Notes: a model not told the origin generated them from the letters alone. Shown: positions 10,185-20,671, numbered from the stretch's first letter. The stretch is DNA of 64,000 nucleotides from an uncultured bacterium (GCA_963766885.1 CAVYBO010000002.1:293048-357047), one strand, 5' to 3'. A program made the numbers and translations.

Positions 10185-11000
10185 TTACTTTGAAGTAAAT
10201 ATTACTCGCGCGGGTCCATCCGCTTGATTGTCTGAATAATCATAATCGTGGAGTGATGACATATACGTGTTGTAGTCGTAATAATGGTTCACTCCGTCAG
10301 TTTCATCGCCCGGGTCGTTCACAATAAATGAATTCTTGCCGTCATCATAACCGGCAATTACCGTTGAGTGATATGCGGAACCGTTCGGCAAAAATGGAAT
10401 ATCGGGATTATTAAGATCGAAGCCGTCATGAAATGCGATCACGGGATGTCCTTCGTTCAACTGCTCTTTTATCTGCTCGATTGTCGGATCGGTTACAATT
10501 GTGCCTTTGAAATCTGAATAATTATTAATTATATAAGCGCTCTCCTCCGCAGATTCATTGACATTTGAACCGTAAATTTTATCTTCAGCGGCAAAAAGTG
10601 TTTCCATAAACTGTTTGGCTTCTGACACGCTTGTCGTCGCAACGCCCGCATAATATTTATCCACCATGGTCATTGAGGCTTCTTCGCAGGCGTTTTTCCA
10701 AGGGCCAGTCCAATAGTTTCCTGGCGCTTCGGCCGCGTATGGCACGGCAAGCAAAACTTTTGCAGGCAGCGCATTTTTTGGAGTCGATGAGGCCGCTAAT
10801 GATTTTGCGCTTTGCAAATTATTTGGAGAAGCGTTTTGCGAAGACGATGCGGCAATAGAATCTTGACTTTGCGGCAAATGCTTGAACAATTCAAATAATC
10901 CCACTATGACAATGGCAGGAATAAGAAAAACAATCAGAAATGCTTTTAAATTCTTTTGCAACAAATAAATATTCGCGCTGTTAGACGAATTTTTGCTCAT
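10185..11000 (-). CDS. membrane-anchored C39-like cysteine peptidase
   Basis: VPYAAEAP...NACEEAS (Cys), YHSTVIAGYD (His) and VNDPG. Confidence 0.8.
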   Translation of the reverse strand: MSKNSSNSANIYLLQKNLKAFLIVFLIPAIVIVGLFELFKHLPQSQDSIAASSSQNASPNNLQSAKSLAASSTPKNALPAKVLLAVPYAAEAPGNYWTGPWKNACEEASMTMVDKYYAGVATTSVSEAKQFMETLFAAEDKIYGSNVNESAEESAYIINNYSDFKGTIVTDPTIEQIKEQLNEGHPVIAFHDGFDLNNPDIPFLPNGSAYHSTVIAGYDDGKNSFIVNDPGDETDGVNHYYDYNTYMSSLHDYDYSDNQADGPARVIFTSK

Positions 11001-11060
11001 ACACTTAAATAAAAAGACGATTGAAAATATTTGTTCTTACTTTTAAATAAGTTGAGGAAA

Positions 11061-12326
11061 TTAAATAAAAGTTATCGCCTTTCCTTTTTTGCCGGCGCGG
11101 CCGGTTCGGCCTATGCGGTGAACATAATCTTCGTATGTGGCAGGAATATCGTAGTTGATGACATGGCTCACGTCGCTCACGTCAATTCCACGAGCAGCAA
11201 CGTCTGTAGCCACCAAGACTTGAATGTGATTGTCCTTGAAGAGTCCTAAAGCTTTTTGCCTTTTGGATTGATTTTTGTTGCCGTGGATTGATTCTGCTTT
11301 GAAGCCTCTAGAAATAAGCTCCTTGCTTAATCTTTCAACTCCATGCTTGGTTTCTCCAAAGACAAGGACTTTTGTAAAACCATCTTTTAGAAGAAGTTCG
11401 TGAAGAACGTCAACTTTGTTTTTCCCCGCTTCAACTTTGACAACATCTTGATCCACGCTCTTTGCGGTGTCTCCAGTTTTTACAGAAATTGATACCGGCT
11501 CTTTCAAAAATTCTTTGATCAAAATTTCAATCTCGCGAGACATTGTTGCAGAGAAAAATAAAGTGTGGCGATCATGAGGCATTTTGGACATAAAAAACCT
11601 CATATCGTTCACAAATCCCATATCAAGCATTCTGTCAGCTTCATCAAGCACAACTGTTTTAAACAGCGAAAGATTCAAAGCCCTTTTTTCCACAAGGTCT
11701 TTGATTCTGCCTGGCGTTCCAATAACAAAGCTGTGCTGGCGTCTGAGGCCTGCAAGCTGTTTGGAAATCGGCGCTCCGCCGACAGCGCACACAGAAAATA
11801 TCGGCAGGTTTTTGGCAAAGCCGTAAAGCTCTTCTTCAATCTGCTGGGCCAGTTCGCGAGTTGGAACAGCTACAATTATTTTTTCCGATGAATTTTTTAA
11901 AACTTTATCAATTAACGGAATCAAAAACGCCGCGGTTTTGCCTGTGCCGGTGTTTGCAATTCCAACCAAGTCAACACCTTTGAGCACATGAGGAATAGCC
12001 CTGTCCTGAATCGGAGTCGGAGTTTTGTATCCTTTGGTTATGATATTTTCTTTCAGACGATGATCAATAACAAAATCCACAAAATTGTGCTCGGGTACAA
12101 AGTTTACTGTTTCTTCTGTGATAACAGCTTTATTTATAAACTTAGCAGGATCAATTGATCGTCTAAATCTACTGCCTCCGCCACCGCGACCGCCTTTGAA
12201 TCCTCCACCTCTTCCGCCACCAAAAGAACGTCCTTTTGAAGGACCTCTTGATGAGCCGCTACGTGAGGGTCCTCTAAAAGAAGAACCTCTATTACTGGAG
12301 TTTCCCCCAAAACTTTTTTTATACAT
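11061..12326 (-). CDS. DEAD-box RNA helicase
   Basis: PTPIQ, GTGKT, PTRELA, DEAD, FSAT, ARGID and HRIGRTGRAG; RGG-rich N-terminus. Confidence 0.96.
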   Translation of the reverse strand: MYKKSFGGNSSNRGSSFRGPSRSGSSRGPSKGRSFGGGRGGGFKGGRGGGGSRFRRSIDPAKFINKAVITEETVNFVPEHNFVDFVIDHRLKENIITKGYKTPTPIQDRAIPHVLKGVDLVGIANTGTGKTAAFLIPLIDKVLKNSSEKIIVAVPTRELAQQIEEELYGFAKNLPIFSVCAVGGAPISKQLAGLRRQHSFVIGTPGRIKDLVEKRALNLSLFKTVVLDEADRMLDMGFVNDMRFFMSKMPHDRHTLFFSATMSREIEILIKEFLKEPVSISVKTGDTAKSVDQDVVKVEAGKNKVDVLHELLLKDGFTKVLVFGETKHGVERLSKELISRGFKAESIHGNKNQSKRQKALGLFKDNHIQVLVATDVAARGIDVSDVSHVINYDIPATYEDYVHRIGRTGRAGKKGKAITFI

Positions 12327-12516
12327 ATTATTAAACGCAGAAACTGCGTCTTTTCTAATCTTTAAAATAAAAGTAAGGCGATTAGATGTTCTCGCCAGTT
12401 TTTAAAGATTTTTAGCCCTCGAATCCGCACATTTGCGAACAAAACCAATGAGATTTAACTTACCTTTATATAATATACTAAAAATTGATTGATGTCAAAT
12501 TTATTTCCTAGTATGT

Positions 12517-12846
12517 TTAGTCATCAATATTTTTATTTTTCCCTAACACCCTAGCCCTAGCAAAAATTTTATGTATTTGTGATGGATTAAATCCTTGATC
12601 TATAAGCGTTTGCTGATAAGTCTGCTTTGACTCCGAATTGGTTATCTCATCATCTGCCCTAACTCCGACATCTATAGATACAGAATCTGATGAATCGGTT
12701 CCATTTTCAGTATCCGAGTCTCCAACAGCTTCCAACTGAGTTCTGACTTGTGGAACTTGAATTGTTTGAGCGCCAGCTTGATGAATACTGCTAAGCAAAA
12801 ACGTGGTTGCGATTGCCCCAGTGGCTAATATTTTTCTTTTTTTCAT
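12517..12846 (-). CDS. hypothetical secreted protein
   Basis: Signal-peptide-like N-terminus (MKKRKILATGAIATTFLLSSIHQAGA). Confidence 0.55.
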   Translation of the reverse strand: MKKRKILATGAIATTFLLSSIHQAGAQTIQVPQVRTQLEAVGDSDTENGTDSSDSVSIDVGVRADDEITNSESKQTYQQTLIDQGFNPSQIHKIFARARVLGKNKNIDD

Positions 12847-12938
12847 TGTTCTGTGTAATTATTTAATATTAATGTTCTAAGACACTCTTACTAATACGAA
12901 CGAAATAGGAATTTGTTTCAAATAGGGACACGAAAAAA

Positions 12939-13415
12939 TTATCTGTTTATTTCGACAAGCAGGACCCAAGCGTCAAACACAGCTTTACTGAAAGAGAAAA
13001 CAATAGCCAGCACAAGCCAATAGAAGCCGACAAGGCCTTGATTCAAGATTACGACACCAGAGATAACATATGGAAAAACGGCAAGCTCGGTTAATACCAT
13101 TTGCCAGAGAAATTCTTTTTTGTACTGTTTGTCCGTATTCCTGAGAATTCTCAAATCAAGCCTGAGTGTAGTAATCCAAACAACAAGACCTATGCCTAAA
13201 ATCTCAATGCCAATGAAAAGAACGGGCTGGCTTGGCACCAGGCAAAGTAAGGAGACGATCAAAACTGTAAGCATTAAAAGGATTGCCTGAAAAGCTCGGT
13301 CTGGCAATCGGGAAATGGAAATTATCCTGGTGAGATTGATAGACACGCCAACAAAGATGAGTCCTGTAAGAGCGGCCGCAGCACCGGCTATAGCGACAAA
13401 AAAATCATTCCACAT
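12939..13415 (-). CDS. hypothetical integral membrane protein
   Basis: WNDFFVAIAGAAAALTGLIFVGVSIN start and AWVLLVEI end; about 5 TM segments. Confidence 0.75.
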   Translation of the reverse strand: MWNDFFVAIAGAAAALTGLIFVGVSINLTRIISISRLPDRAFQAILLMLTVLIVSLLCLVPSQPVLFIGIEILGIGLVVWITTLRLDLRILRNTDKQYKKEFLWQMVLTELAVFPYVISGVVILNQGLVGFYWLVLAIVFSFSKAVFDAWVLLVEINR

Positions 13416-13499
13416 ACATTTAATTATACCTCTCCCCTATAAATTCTTACAGGCCCGACTAAATCAAATGGAAATCTGGGAGTTGATTAAGTATGAAAA

Positions 13500-14276
13500 C
13501 TAAATCACTACCTTCGGATACATATAGGCGCTGAGCGCGGAGATTATTATTGCAGTCACAAAAAGAATTCCTATGTCAGTGCCGAGTCCTGCTGTGCTGC
13601 CGTTTATTAAGAGCGCTCGCAGTCCATTGACCATATAACTCAGCGGATTGACTTTGGCCACCACTTGGAGCCAGCCCGGCATTATGCTTATCGGATAAAT
13701 CGCGCTTGATGCAAAAAATAAAGGCAATGTGATGACTTGCCCAATTCCCATAAATCGTTCGCGAGTTTTTACAATTGAAGCAATAATCAAAGAAATTCCT
13801 GTAAAACAGCTCGCGCCAAGAATAACAATCACAATAACTCCAATAATTGAAAGAATATTTATATGAAGCCCAATACCGAGTATTAAAGCAAAAACGAGCA
13901 CGATAACCGCTTGGCAAAGTCCGCGCACTGCTGCAGAAAGCATCTTGCCCCAAACGATTGCAAGCCTTGGCGTTGGCGTAACCAAAAGTTTTTGAAGAGT
14001 TCCTGCGTCTCTATCCATAATAATGTAGAGTCCATAAAAAATCGCAACAAACGTGACCGATTGAGTCAGAATTCCTGGAGTAATGAATTGCAAATACGTT
14101 GCGCCTCCGGTTGGAATGGCACGAATTTTGCTCAGCGCTTCTCCAAAAATTCCAAGCCACAGAATCGGCTGCACTGCGCGAGAAATAAGTTCTGTTGGAT
14201 CATGAAAAAGCTTGCGAGTTTCCATCTCGGTGAGAATGTATGCTTTTTTGAAACTTTCTATAAAATATTTGATCAT
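13500..14276 (-). CDS. ABC-2 type exporter permease (DrrB-like)
   Basis: QPILWL, YLQFITPG, LLVTP and MPGWLQVVAKVNPLSY. Confidence 0.9.
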   Translation of the reverse strand: MIKYFIESFKKAYILTEMETRKLFHDPTELISRAVQPILWLGIFGEALSKIRAIPTGGATYLQFITPGILTQSVTFVAIFYGLYIIMDRDAGTLQKLLVTPTPRLAIVWGKMLSAAVRGLCQAVIVLVFALILGIGLHINILSIIGVIVIVILGASCFTGISLIIASIVKTRERFMGIGQVITLPLFFASSAIYPISIMPGWLQVVAKVNPLSYMVNGLRALLINGSTAGLGTDIGILFVTAIIISALSAYMYPKVVI

Positions 14277-14280
14277 AAAT

Positions 14281-15108
14281 TTATCCTAGTTTTTGCTCAT
14301 TGCGACGCATTCTTCTGGTTTCCTTAAAGCTTGCCGGCATATTTTCTTCCAATTCTTTGCCGGTAAAAAATATAAATGCTTCTTCAAGAGTTTTTGCGTT
14401 CGCTTTTTGTTTTAATTCCGTTGCTGTGCCGATTTCTGCAAGCTTGCCGCTGTGCATAATAGCCACACGACTTGAAACGCTTTCCGCTTCTTCCATTTGA
14501 TGGGTGGAAAAGAAAATCGTAGTTTTGTATTTATCTTTCAGTTCAAGCAAGTGCTCCCAGACATTTTGTTTGGCCAGAGGATCCAAGCCCGAAGTCGGCT
14601 CATCCAAAAACAAAACTTGCGGATGGTGGATTATTGCCTGCCCGACTTCTATGCGTCTAATCATTCCACCGGAAAAAGTTCGAACCAAAGAATCTGCATG
14701 TTTTTCCAATTTCATAAAAGAAAGTATTTCTGCAACTCTGTCTTTTCTGATTTTTGCTGGGACGTCATAAAGCCGCGCCATCAGCATCAAGTTTTCGTAG
14801 GCAGTCAAAGTGCCGTCAACAGAGATAAGCTGCGGCACATAGCCAATAGCGCGGCGGACTTCAGCCGGCTCCAAATTAATGTCATGTCCAGCCACAGTTC
14901 CCTGGCCGCTTGTGGACTTGATCAAAGTAATAAGCATTTTGATAGTTGTGGACTTGCCCGCGCCGTTTGGCCCAAGAAAAGCAAAAACTTCTCCCCTTTT
15001 TACAGAAAAAGAAATATTATCCACAGCTTTGAACTCTCCAAAACTTTTGGTCAGTCCTGAAACCTCGATTATTGTGCTATCTATTGTGCTCTTTGCCGAT
15101 TCGTTCAT
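14281..15108 (-). CDS. ABC exporter ATP-binding subunit (DrrA-like)
   Basis: GPNGAGKST, FSGGM, LFLDEPTSGLDP and STH. Confidence 0.93.
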   Translation of the reverse strand: MNESAKSTIDSTIIEVSGLTKSFGEFKAVDNISFSVKRGEVFAFLGPNGAGKSTTIKMLITLIKSTSGQGTVAGHDINLEPAEVRRAIGYVPQLISVDGTLTAYENLMLMARLYDVPAKIRKDRVAEILSFMKLEKHADSLVRTFSGGMIRRIEVGQAIIHHPQVLFLDEPTSGLDPLAKQNVWEHLLELKDKYKTTIFFSTHQMEEAESVSSRVAIMHSGKLAEIGTATELKQKANAKTLEEAFIFFTGKELEENMPASFKETRRMRRNEQKLG

Positions 15109-15182
15109 ATTTTTTTATTATATTACTAACTTCATACGAATTGAAGATTAATTTAGTTTCAAATTTGGGTTATAATGTCAGT

Positions 15183-15626
15183 ATGTTAGAAACAAACACT
15201 ATCGCTCCTGATTTTAAACTCCCTGACCAAGACAACAAGACTCATTCCCTTTCCGATTATCGCGGCAATTATGTGCTTGTTTATTTTTATCCTAAAGACG
15301 ACACGGCAGGATGTACCAAAGAAGCCTGTACCATCCGCGATATGTACAAAGACTTTGAAAGCAATAATGTAAAAGTTTTTGGTATAAGCAAAGATTCAAC
15401 AGAAAGCCACAAAGAATTTGCCGAAAAATATCAGCTTCCGTTTACATTACTTGCAGATACTTCAGAAGAAGTCATCAAAAAATACGGAGCGGACGGCACG
15501 CTGTTTAACAAAAGAATTTCATATCTAATTGATCCAGAAGGAAAAATTGTCAAATCGTATCCAAAAGTTGATCCCACCGAACACGGCGACGAAATATTAA
15601 AAGATATTTACGCTCTGAAAAAATAA
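15183..15626 (+). CDS. bcp: peroxiredoxin Bcp/PrxQ
   Basis: YFYPKDDTAGCTKEAC. Start placed at ATG 15183, 6 nt after TATAAT, rather than at the ORF-track start 15072. Confidence 0.92.
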   Translation: MLETNTIAPDFKLPDQDNKTHSLSDYRGNYVLVYFYPKDDTAGCTKEACTIRDMYKDFESNNVKVFGISKDSTESHKEFAEKYQLPFTLLADTSEEVIKKYGADGTLFNKRISYLIDPEGKIVKSYPKVDPTEHGDEILKDIYALKK

Positions 15627-15797
15627 CAAGGTAGTATTATTGACAAAACTCAAATAATTTGGTATTATATCGACTGAAATTCCTCTTGCACAAGTTGCTT
15701 TATTAACGTACAAATCTTGTCGGCCTGAAGCCGAATTAAGAGGGCCTGAAGCCCCGTTGGCAATAAGTGTGAGTTGGATAGTTAGAAAGTTAGTACC

Positions 15798-16469
15798 ATG
15801 AAAAACAGTGAAGTTTATTTCCTATTGAAAAAAGGACTCATCCCTGAGCACCTTCTAAATGGATGGAACAAGAGCAGAAGGTTTGACGATGATATGGAGC
15901 CTAAAGCCTCCGACTCGCAGATGAAATACCAAGTCGCTGCAGGCTGGTTCGCAACTATCATTAGCATAATCACGCCCGTGGTTATATCGCTTGATATGTT
16001 CGACCGCCAACAATACCACAGCTACCTCAACTGGAAGAATTGTGCCGTTGATGTCTTCATATGGTGTCTTTTTCTCATCGCGCTCTCAGCCTTCTGGAGA
16101 ATGGAGCGTGCCAAGAAAAGCATGTTCGGCGTCAAGCTGGTCAGACTGTACACGTTTTTGGCCACGACACTCCGGGATATCCTGACAGCAGAAAAGCAGG
16201 AACTGATCGACCGCGTCAACGTGCGATTGATTGGCAGAGCCTCGATGATTCTCTACGCCGAGAAAACATTCGGCAGAGACTCTGAGTCCGCTAACAAACT
16301 GCGGGAGTGGTTCAGAGAATGCCACAAGCTGTGCCTTGCATTCGGACTGGCTGAAGCGAAGTTCGATACTTATTACGAGCAAGCTTCACTCGATCACCCG
16401 ATTCTTTCTCCAGTGAATGAGGGCTGGATACGGGAACTCGAGCATGGCAAAATCATCACTGAACTGTAA
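15798..16469 (+). CDS. hypothetical membrane protein (orphan)
   Basis: 223 aa with two TM segments; own TTGACA-N17-TATTAT promoter at 15639; downstream hairpin plus T-tract. Confidence 0.6.
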   Translation: MKNSEVYFLLKKGLIPEHLLNGWNKSRRFDDDMEPKASDSQMKYQVAAGWFATIISIITPVVISLDMFDRQQYHSYLNWKNCAVDVFIWCLFLIALSAFWRMERAKKSMFGVKLVRLYTFLATTLRDILTAEKQELIDRVNVRLIGRASMILYAEKTFGRDSESANKLREWFRECHKLCLAFGLAEAKFDTYYEQASLDHPILSPVNEGWIRELEHGKIITEL

Positions 16470-16529
16470 AAGGAGCGTTAAATCGTTCTCCAACCCCATC
16501 TCGCAAGAGCTCTGGGGAATTTTTTATAT

Positions 16530-17309
16530 TTAATTTTTATTTCTTTTCTCCGTTCTTCCCTTCAGCCACCAGACAGCAAGCGTGGTTGAGGTTGGCATTG
16601 CGATGATGAGTCCGATTGTGCCGACAAGCATACGGATTATTTCGCTGACCAAAGGTTCGTAATTCAATGTGTTATAAAGCGAGGCGCTACTGCCAGCATA
16701 AATTATTATCAAAGGAAAAGAAACTCCGGCATAAACTAAAAATAAAGTATTAATAATTGAACCGAGGTGCGCAATTCCCACTTTGTATGATTGATTATAA
16801 ATTTGTTTGCTCTCTGCGGCGGGATTGCTTTTTATGAATTCCAAAACAGTTGCAATTTGGGTGACAACCATTTCAGTCAAGATTCCAAGAGTGCCTAGCA
16901 TAATCCCAGCAATCAAAAGTTCTTGAAGATTTATTCCAGTAAGGCCGAGGAAACTGGCGTCTGTTGAAACAAGCCCCGTAAGCCCGGCCAAAGAAACCGA
17001 AAAATACGACAAAACACAAACAATCAAAAAATTAAGAGCCACAGCAATGACAGAAATATGGGACAAAACAGAAAACCCTTCTGTCAGATAAACTATGCAA
17101 AGCATAATTATCAAACCAGAAAAAAATATCACAAGTTCAGGATTGTAGTTGTGAACAATAAGCGGAGTGATGATCCAAATAATCGCAACGATTGTCAGAG
17201 CCAAAGAAAAAACCAATCTCAATCCTTTTTTTCCGCAGACAATAAAAAGCAGAATCAAAAATATTATCGATAACAAGAAAACCGTGGGTTCCATATTATT
17301 TTTTAGCAT
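16530..17309 (-). CDS. YibE/F family membrane protein
   Basis: GKKGLR, LLIAGIMLGTLG, G.AHLGSIINTLFLVYAG and EIIRMLVGTIGLI. Confidence 0.85.
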   Translation of the reverse strand: MLKNNMEPTVFLLSIIFLILLFIVCGKKGLRLVFSLALTIVAIIWIITPLIVHNYNPELVIFFSGLIIMLCIVYLTEGFSVLSHISVIAVALNFLIVCVLSYFSVSLAGLTGLVSTDASFLGLTGINLQELLIAGIMLGTLGILTEMVVTQIATVLEFIKSNPAAESKQIYNQSYKVGIAHLGSIINTLFLVYAGVSFPLIIIYAGSSASLYNTLNYEPLVSEIIRMLVGTIGLIIAMPTSTTLAVWWLKGRTEKRNKN

Positions 17310-19158
17310 TTAAAAGCGACAATAAATTATACCTCACTGCTATGTCCGAAGCCTTGATCGTGTTTGACTCTTCGTCATACAAAGTTTTGCAGGAATCAGT
17401 TGGCAAAGTGTTATCTTTTGGAACGCTAAGGCACGTTCCATCCTCAAAAACGCCGTCCGCAGAAGCTGTGTACTTGAGACTTGGACTCAAAATAAATTTT
17501 ATCGCTCCAGTGCCGATGACTCTTTGGACTGCAACTGGAGTTTTGGTGCTAAAAAGATCCTGTCCGAGAGCTGTAATGGGATATTGAATTCCAAGTAAAC
17601 TTGCCGCGGTCGGATACAAATCCAAATGGCTTGCCGGTTCGGTTTCTATACCTTTAAACGTACTGTCGGGTGTCAGGACAATAAGCGGCACATGCTCGGT
17701 CTGCGAATCCGGCGTGCCAATGAAAGCTGTATGATCTCCAAAAATAAATATTATTGAATTTTGATAAAGACCGTCTTTTTTGAGGCTCGCGACAAAGTTC
17801 CCAAGCGCGGCATCGCTGTAGTGAATTGCTTCCAAATACTGCTCCTGCGTTGGAGTGAGATTTGTATTTTGAGGAATTTTCAAAGTCTCCAGATCGGCAG
17901 GCAGTGTAAAAGGAGTATGAGTGCTCAAGGTGATAAGGGTTGCCATAAACGGCTGTTTAAGCGCTTGAAGCTTTGGCAAAGACTGCGACAGGAAATCGGC
18001 ATCGCCCAAGTTTTCATATCCAACCGGACGCGGAATTGTGTAGGAGTCCTGGCTTATTTGATGTCCATAGCCGATTGGCGGATATGCATTGGATCGATTC
18101 CAAAATGTGGCAACATCCCCGTGCATGGCAACAGTTGTGTAGCCGTTATTATCCAAAAGCTTAGGCAGCGCATCTGTTTTGATGTTCGGTTCTGTGATAA
18201 AAACAACAGAATCAGGTAAAGGATAAAGCGAATTAAGAGTCGAAAATTCCGCGTCCGCGGTGTTGCCCACTCCGATTTGAGAATAATAATTTGTGAAATA
18301 TTTTCCTTGTTCTGAAAGGGCGGTTAAATTTGGCGCCACGTCTACTCCGTTTATTTTGTAGCCTATTACCCAATTTTCCAGAGATTCAACCTGGATAAAA
18401 ATCAGATTTTTGCCTTTGAATTTTCCAAACTCCACTCCCTCTGGAGGCAATGCCCTGGAATTTGCCCAACTGATAAGAAAATCTTTGTCTTTTGGACTTA
18501 TCTTGTGTGATCCAAAAAAATATTCTGCAAAACTTTCCAGATAGAAATTAACAACGCCCGCTTTGCCCACCAAAGTTGAGAGATTATACATTTCACTGTT
18601 ATCATAAAGCCTGCCTAAATCTCCGGAATCGGCTTCCTCATCTTTCAAAAGAATTCCATACCCAACACAAAAAATGATCATCATCAAAATGATTGTGACG
18701 ATTTTTTCTTTGACAGAAAGTTTTGCTTCTCTATCGATTTTCACCGCAAAAAATCCGATGATTAATAGAAAAATCGGACTTATAAATAAAAGCAGTTTGT
18801 AAGAAAGCAAAGTCTGAATTGTGCCAAAAAGGGTAAAGGCCTGTCCGGCGTATCCCAAGGACGAAGCTTCAAGAAATCCGTTTGAATATTTGTAATAAAG
18901 AAATTCGGAAACAAAAATCAAGGAAACGATTATAGAAACCAAAGACAAATACATGTACCTGAAATTTCTTTTGGAGAAAAACACTGCAGGGAAAAACAAA
19001 AGCATGCTTAAGCCGACCGATGCGGCAACTAGGCGCGGAAAATAATACTGATTTGCAAGATTGAGCCAGACATTAAAAAAATTTGTTTCTACTGCCAGCA
19101 AAACAGAGAGCACTATAGGCAGCCAAAAAAATTCAATCTGACGTTTAATAAATTGCAT
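17296..19158 (-). CDS. LTA synthase (LtaS)-family sulfatase-fold phosphoglycerol transferase
   Basis: Five N-terminal TMs; NLIFIQVESLE; GNTADAEF (catalytic Thr); FWNR; TLSTHTPF; GDH. Confidence 0.9.
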   Translation of the reverse strand: MQFIKRQIEFFWLPIVLSVLLAVETNFFNVWLNLANQYYFPRLVAASVGLSMLLFFPAVFFSKRNFRYMYLSLVSIIVSLIFVSEFLYYKYSNGFLEASSLGYAGQAFTLFGTIQTLLSYKLLLFISPIFLLIIGFFAVKIDREAKLSVKEKIVTIILMMIIFCVGYGILLKDEEADSGDLGRLYDNSEMYNLSTLVGKAGVVNFYLESFAEYFFGSHKISPKDKDFLISWANSRALPPEGVEFGKFKGKNLIFIQVESLENWVIGYKINGVDVAPNLTALSEQGKYFTNYYSQIGVGNTADAEFSTLNSLYPLPDSVVFITEPNIKTDALPKLLDNNGYTTVAMHGDVATFWNRSNAYPPIGYGHQISQDSYTIPRPVGYENLGDADFLSQSLPKLQALKQPFMATLITLSTHTPFTLPADLETLKIPQNTNLTPTQEQYLEAIHYSDAALGNFVASLKKDGLYQNSIIFIFGDHTAFIGTPDSQTEHVPLIVLTPDSTFKGIETEPASHLDLYPTAASLLGIQYPITALGQDLFSTKTPVAVQRVIGTGAIKFILSPSLKYTASADGVFEDGTCLSVPKDNTLPTDSCKTLYDEESNTIKASDIAVRYNLLSLLNAKK

Positions 19159-19208
19159 TTGTAGTTTTTATTAATACGCCCAGACTCGTCATATAGTTTC
19201 GGAAAATA

Positions 19209-19568
19209 TTATATGGAAAGATCGCTCTCAGCGCTATTGACCGAAGACTGAACAAACTGCTTGGTCCACACTATTGCGTACCACACAGTAACAATCGTAG
19301 AAAGCGCCAAAAGAATTGAAGCGATTATTCCAATCATTCTGGCTTTTTGCTCTTTTGACTTCAGATACTTTCCACCGGGCCATTTGGAAACCATCACATA
19401 GCAAATTATCGGCAAAATAATACTGAAAGCATATATCCAGCACTGTGTCCAAAAAGAGGTAGAAAGCGGAGCCGAATTCAATTTGTTGCCGCAGTTCGGG
19501 CAAAAATACCATTCCGTCTTTGTAGGCTGATGGCAATAAGAACAAATCGTTTCGGTAGTTGATTCCAT
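19209..19568 (-). CDS. zinc-ribbon membrane protein
   Basis: CSYC...FCPNCG followed by two TM segments. Confidence 0.75.
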   Translation of the reverse strand: MESTTETICSYCHQPTKTEWYFCPNCGNKLNSAPLSTSFWTQCWIYAFSIILPIICYVMVSKWPGGKYLKSKEQKARMIGIIASILLALSTIVTVWYAIVWTKQFVQSSVNSAESDLSI

Positions 19569-19572
19569 ATTT

Positions 19573-20184
19573 TTATTTATTTAAGACAAGTGTCCGGCGA
19601 ATCTGATTGAAATCATTCACAATGGCGTTCTCATCGAATTGCTTGACTATCCCCGCAGGATAATTTTCAATTGCTCCATAGTGGATAAAATATCGTACCG
19701 CAACACAAGGGTTTGTGCCTGGGATTGCATAAACAGTTTCGTCGTATCTGTTGCCTGCAGCCGCGCCGTCTGAAGAAGCGACAGAATACGTCACCCCATC
19801 ATCAATAACTGTCTTTGGTGTTTGCGCGGGATAAAGAAATAGCGAAGCAGAACAACTCGGCGCTTGCGGAATTTCTTCAACGCTTATGTACGAATCACTT
19901 GAAAGATTTGTGCCTGTTGCAACCGAATCAGGAATTGTAAACTTGACCCCATTTATATCTTTTCCCGGGCCAAGTTCTTGATATTGATACGACTCGTCAG
20001 GCTCATATCCGATTGGCAGGCTGATTGAGAATCCTAATTTAGTATTTGTGTACCTTAGCAGAAGATTTGATACTGGCGGTTTATTTATAACAACTGGACT
20101 AATGGCTGCTTGTGGACGAGTTAAATACCAGCCGATAAATGCGAGAGTGATTAAAATTATAAAGATAATTAAATATTTTTTCAC
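19573..20184 (-). CDS. hypothetical membrane-anchored protein
   Basis: N-terminal anchor; YTNTKLGFSISLP; GTG start 6 nt after TATAAT. Confidence 0.7.
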   Translation of the reverse strand: MKKYLIIFIILITLAFIGWYLTRPQAAISPVVINKPPVSNLLLRYTNTKLGFSISLPIGYEPDESYQYQELGPGKDINGVKFTIPDSVATGTNLSSDSYISVEEIPQAPSCSASLFLYPAQTPKTVIDDGVTYSVASSDGAAAGNRYDETVYAIPGTNPCVAVRYFIHYGAIENYPAGIVKQFDENAIVNDFNQIRRTLVLNK

Positions 20185-20269
20185 AAGATAATTATATCAG
20201 AATTAATCTTCATCGAATGCAAAAGAAAGCAACCCAAGCCCGGCCGTCTGCCTTAAATAAAATTTAATA

Positions 20270-20671
20270 TTACTTTCCCGACCACCTACCGCGGGCGACC
20301 AATACGCAGAGTATTCCAACAACCAACGGCATTATTGCAGGTACTAACCCCATAGTCATAACCGTCACTACAACCGCGCCGATCATAATTATTACGAGTC
20401 CTATTGCAGCAAGCGGCGTCAGAAACAACTGTTTTTTAAAAATTCCTGGTAATACAAGTCCGAGTCCACCAAGTATTTCACAAACACCGATAAATCTTAC
20501 AAAAAGCACTGGCAGTGGAAACTCCTTAATCAATGCCGCGATCGGACTAATCAGTTTTATCACTCCGCTAAAAATAAAAAGTGCTGCGAGCAATGATTGA
20601 ATAATCCATAGCGCCCAAATTTTAAAACCAGCTTTTTTCTTTACCTCTCCGCCTAAAATTTCTTCGGTCAT
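20270..20671 (-). CDS. DoxX family membrane protein
   Basis: LWIIQSLLAALFIFSGVIKL, FIGVCEILGGLGLVLP and LTPLAAIGL. Confidence 0.85.
   Translation of the reverse strand: MTEEILGGEVKKKAGFKIWALWIIQSLLAALFIFSGVIKLISPIAALIKEFPLPVLFVRFIGVCEILGGLGLVLPGIFKKQLFLTPLAAIGLVIIMIGAVVVTVMTMGLVPAIMPLVVGILCVLVARGRWSGK

Noticed and set aside
12170-12326. GC-rich repetitive stretch
   Set aside because: Explained by the RGG/Ser-rich N-terminal tail of the DEAD-box helicase.
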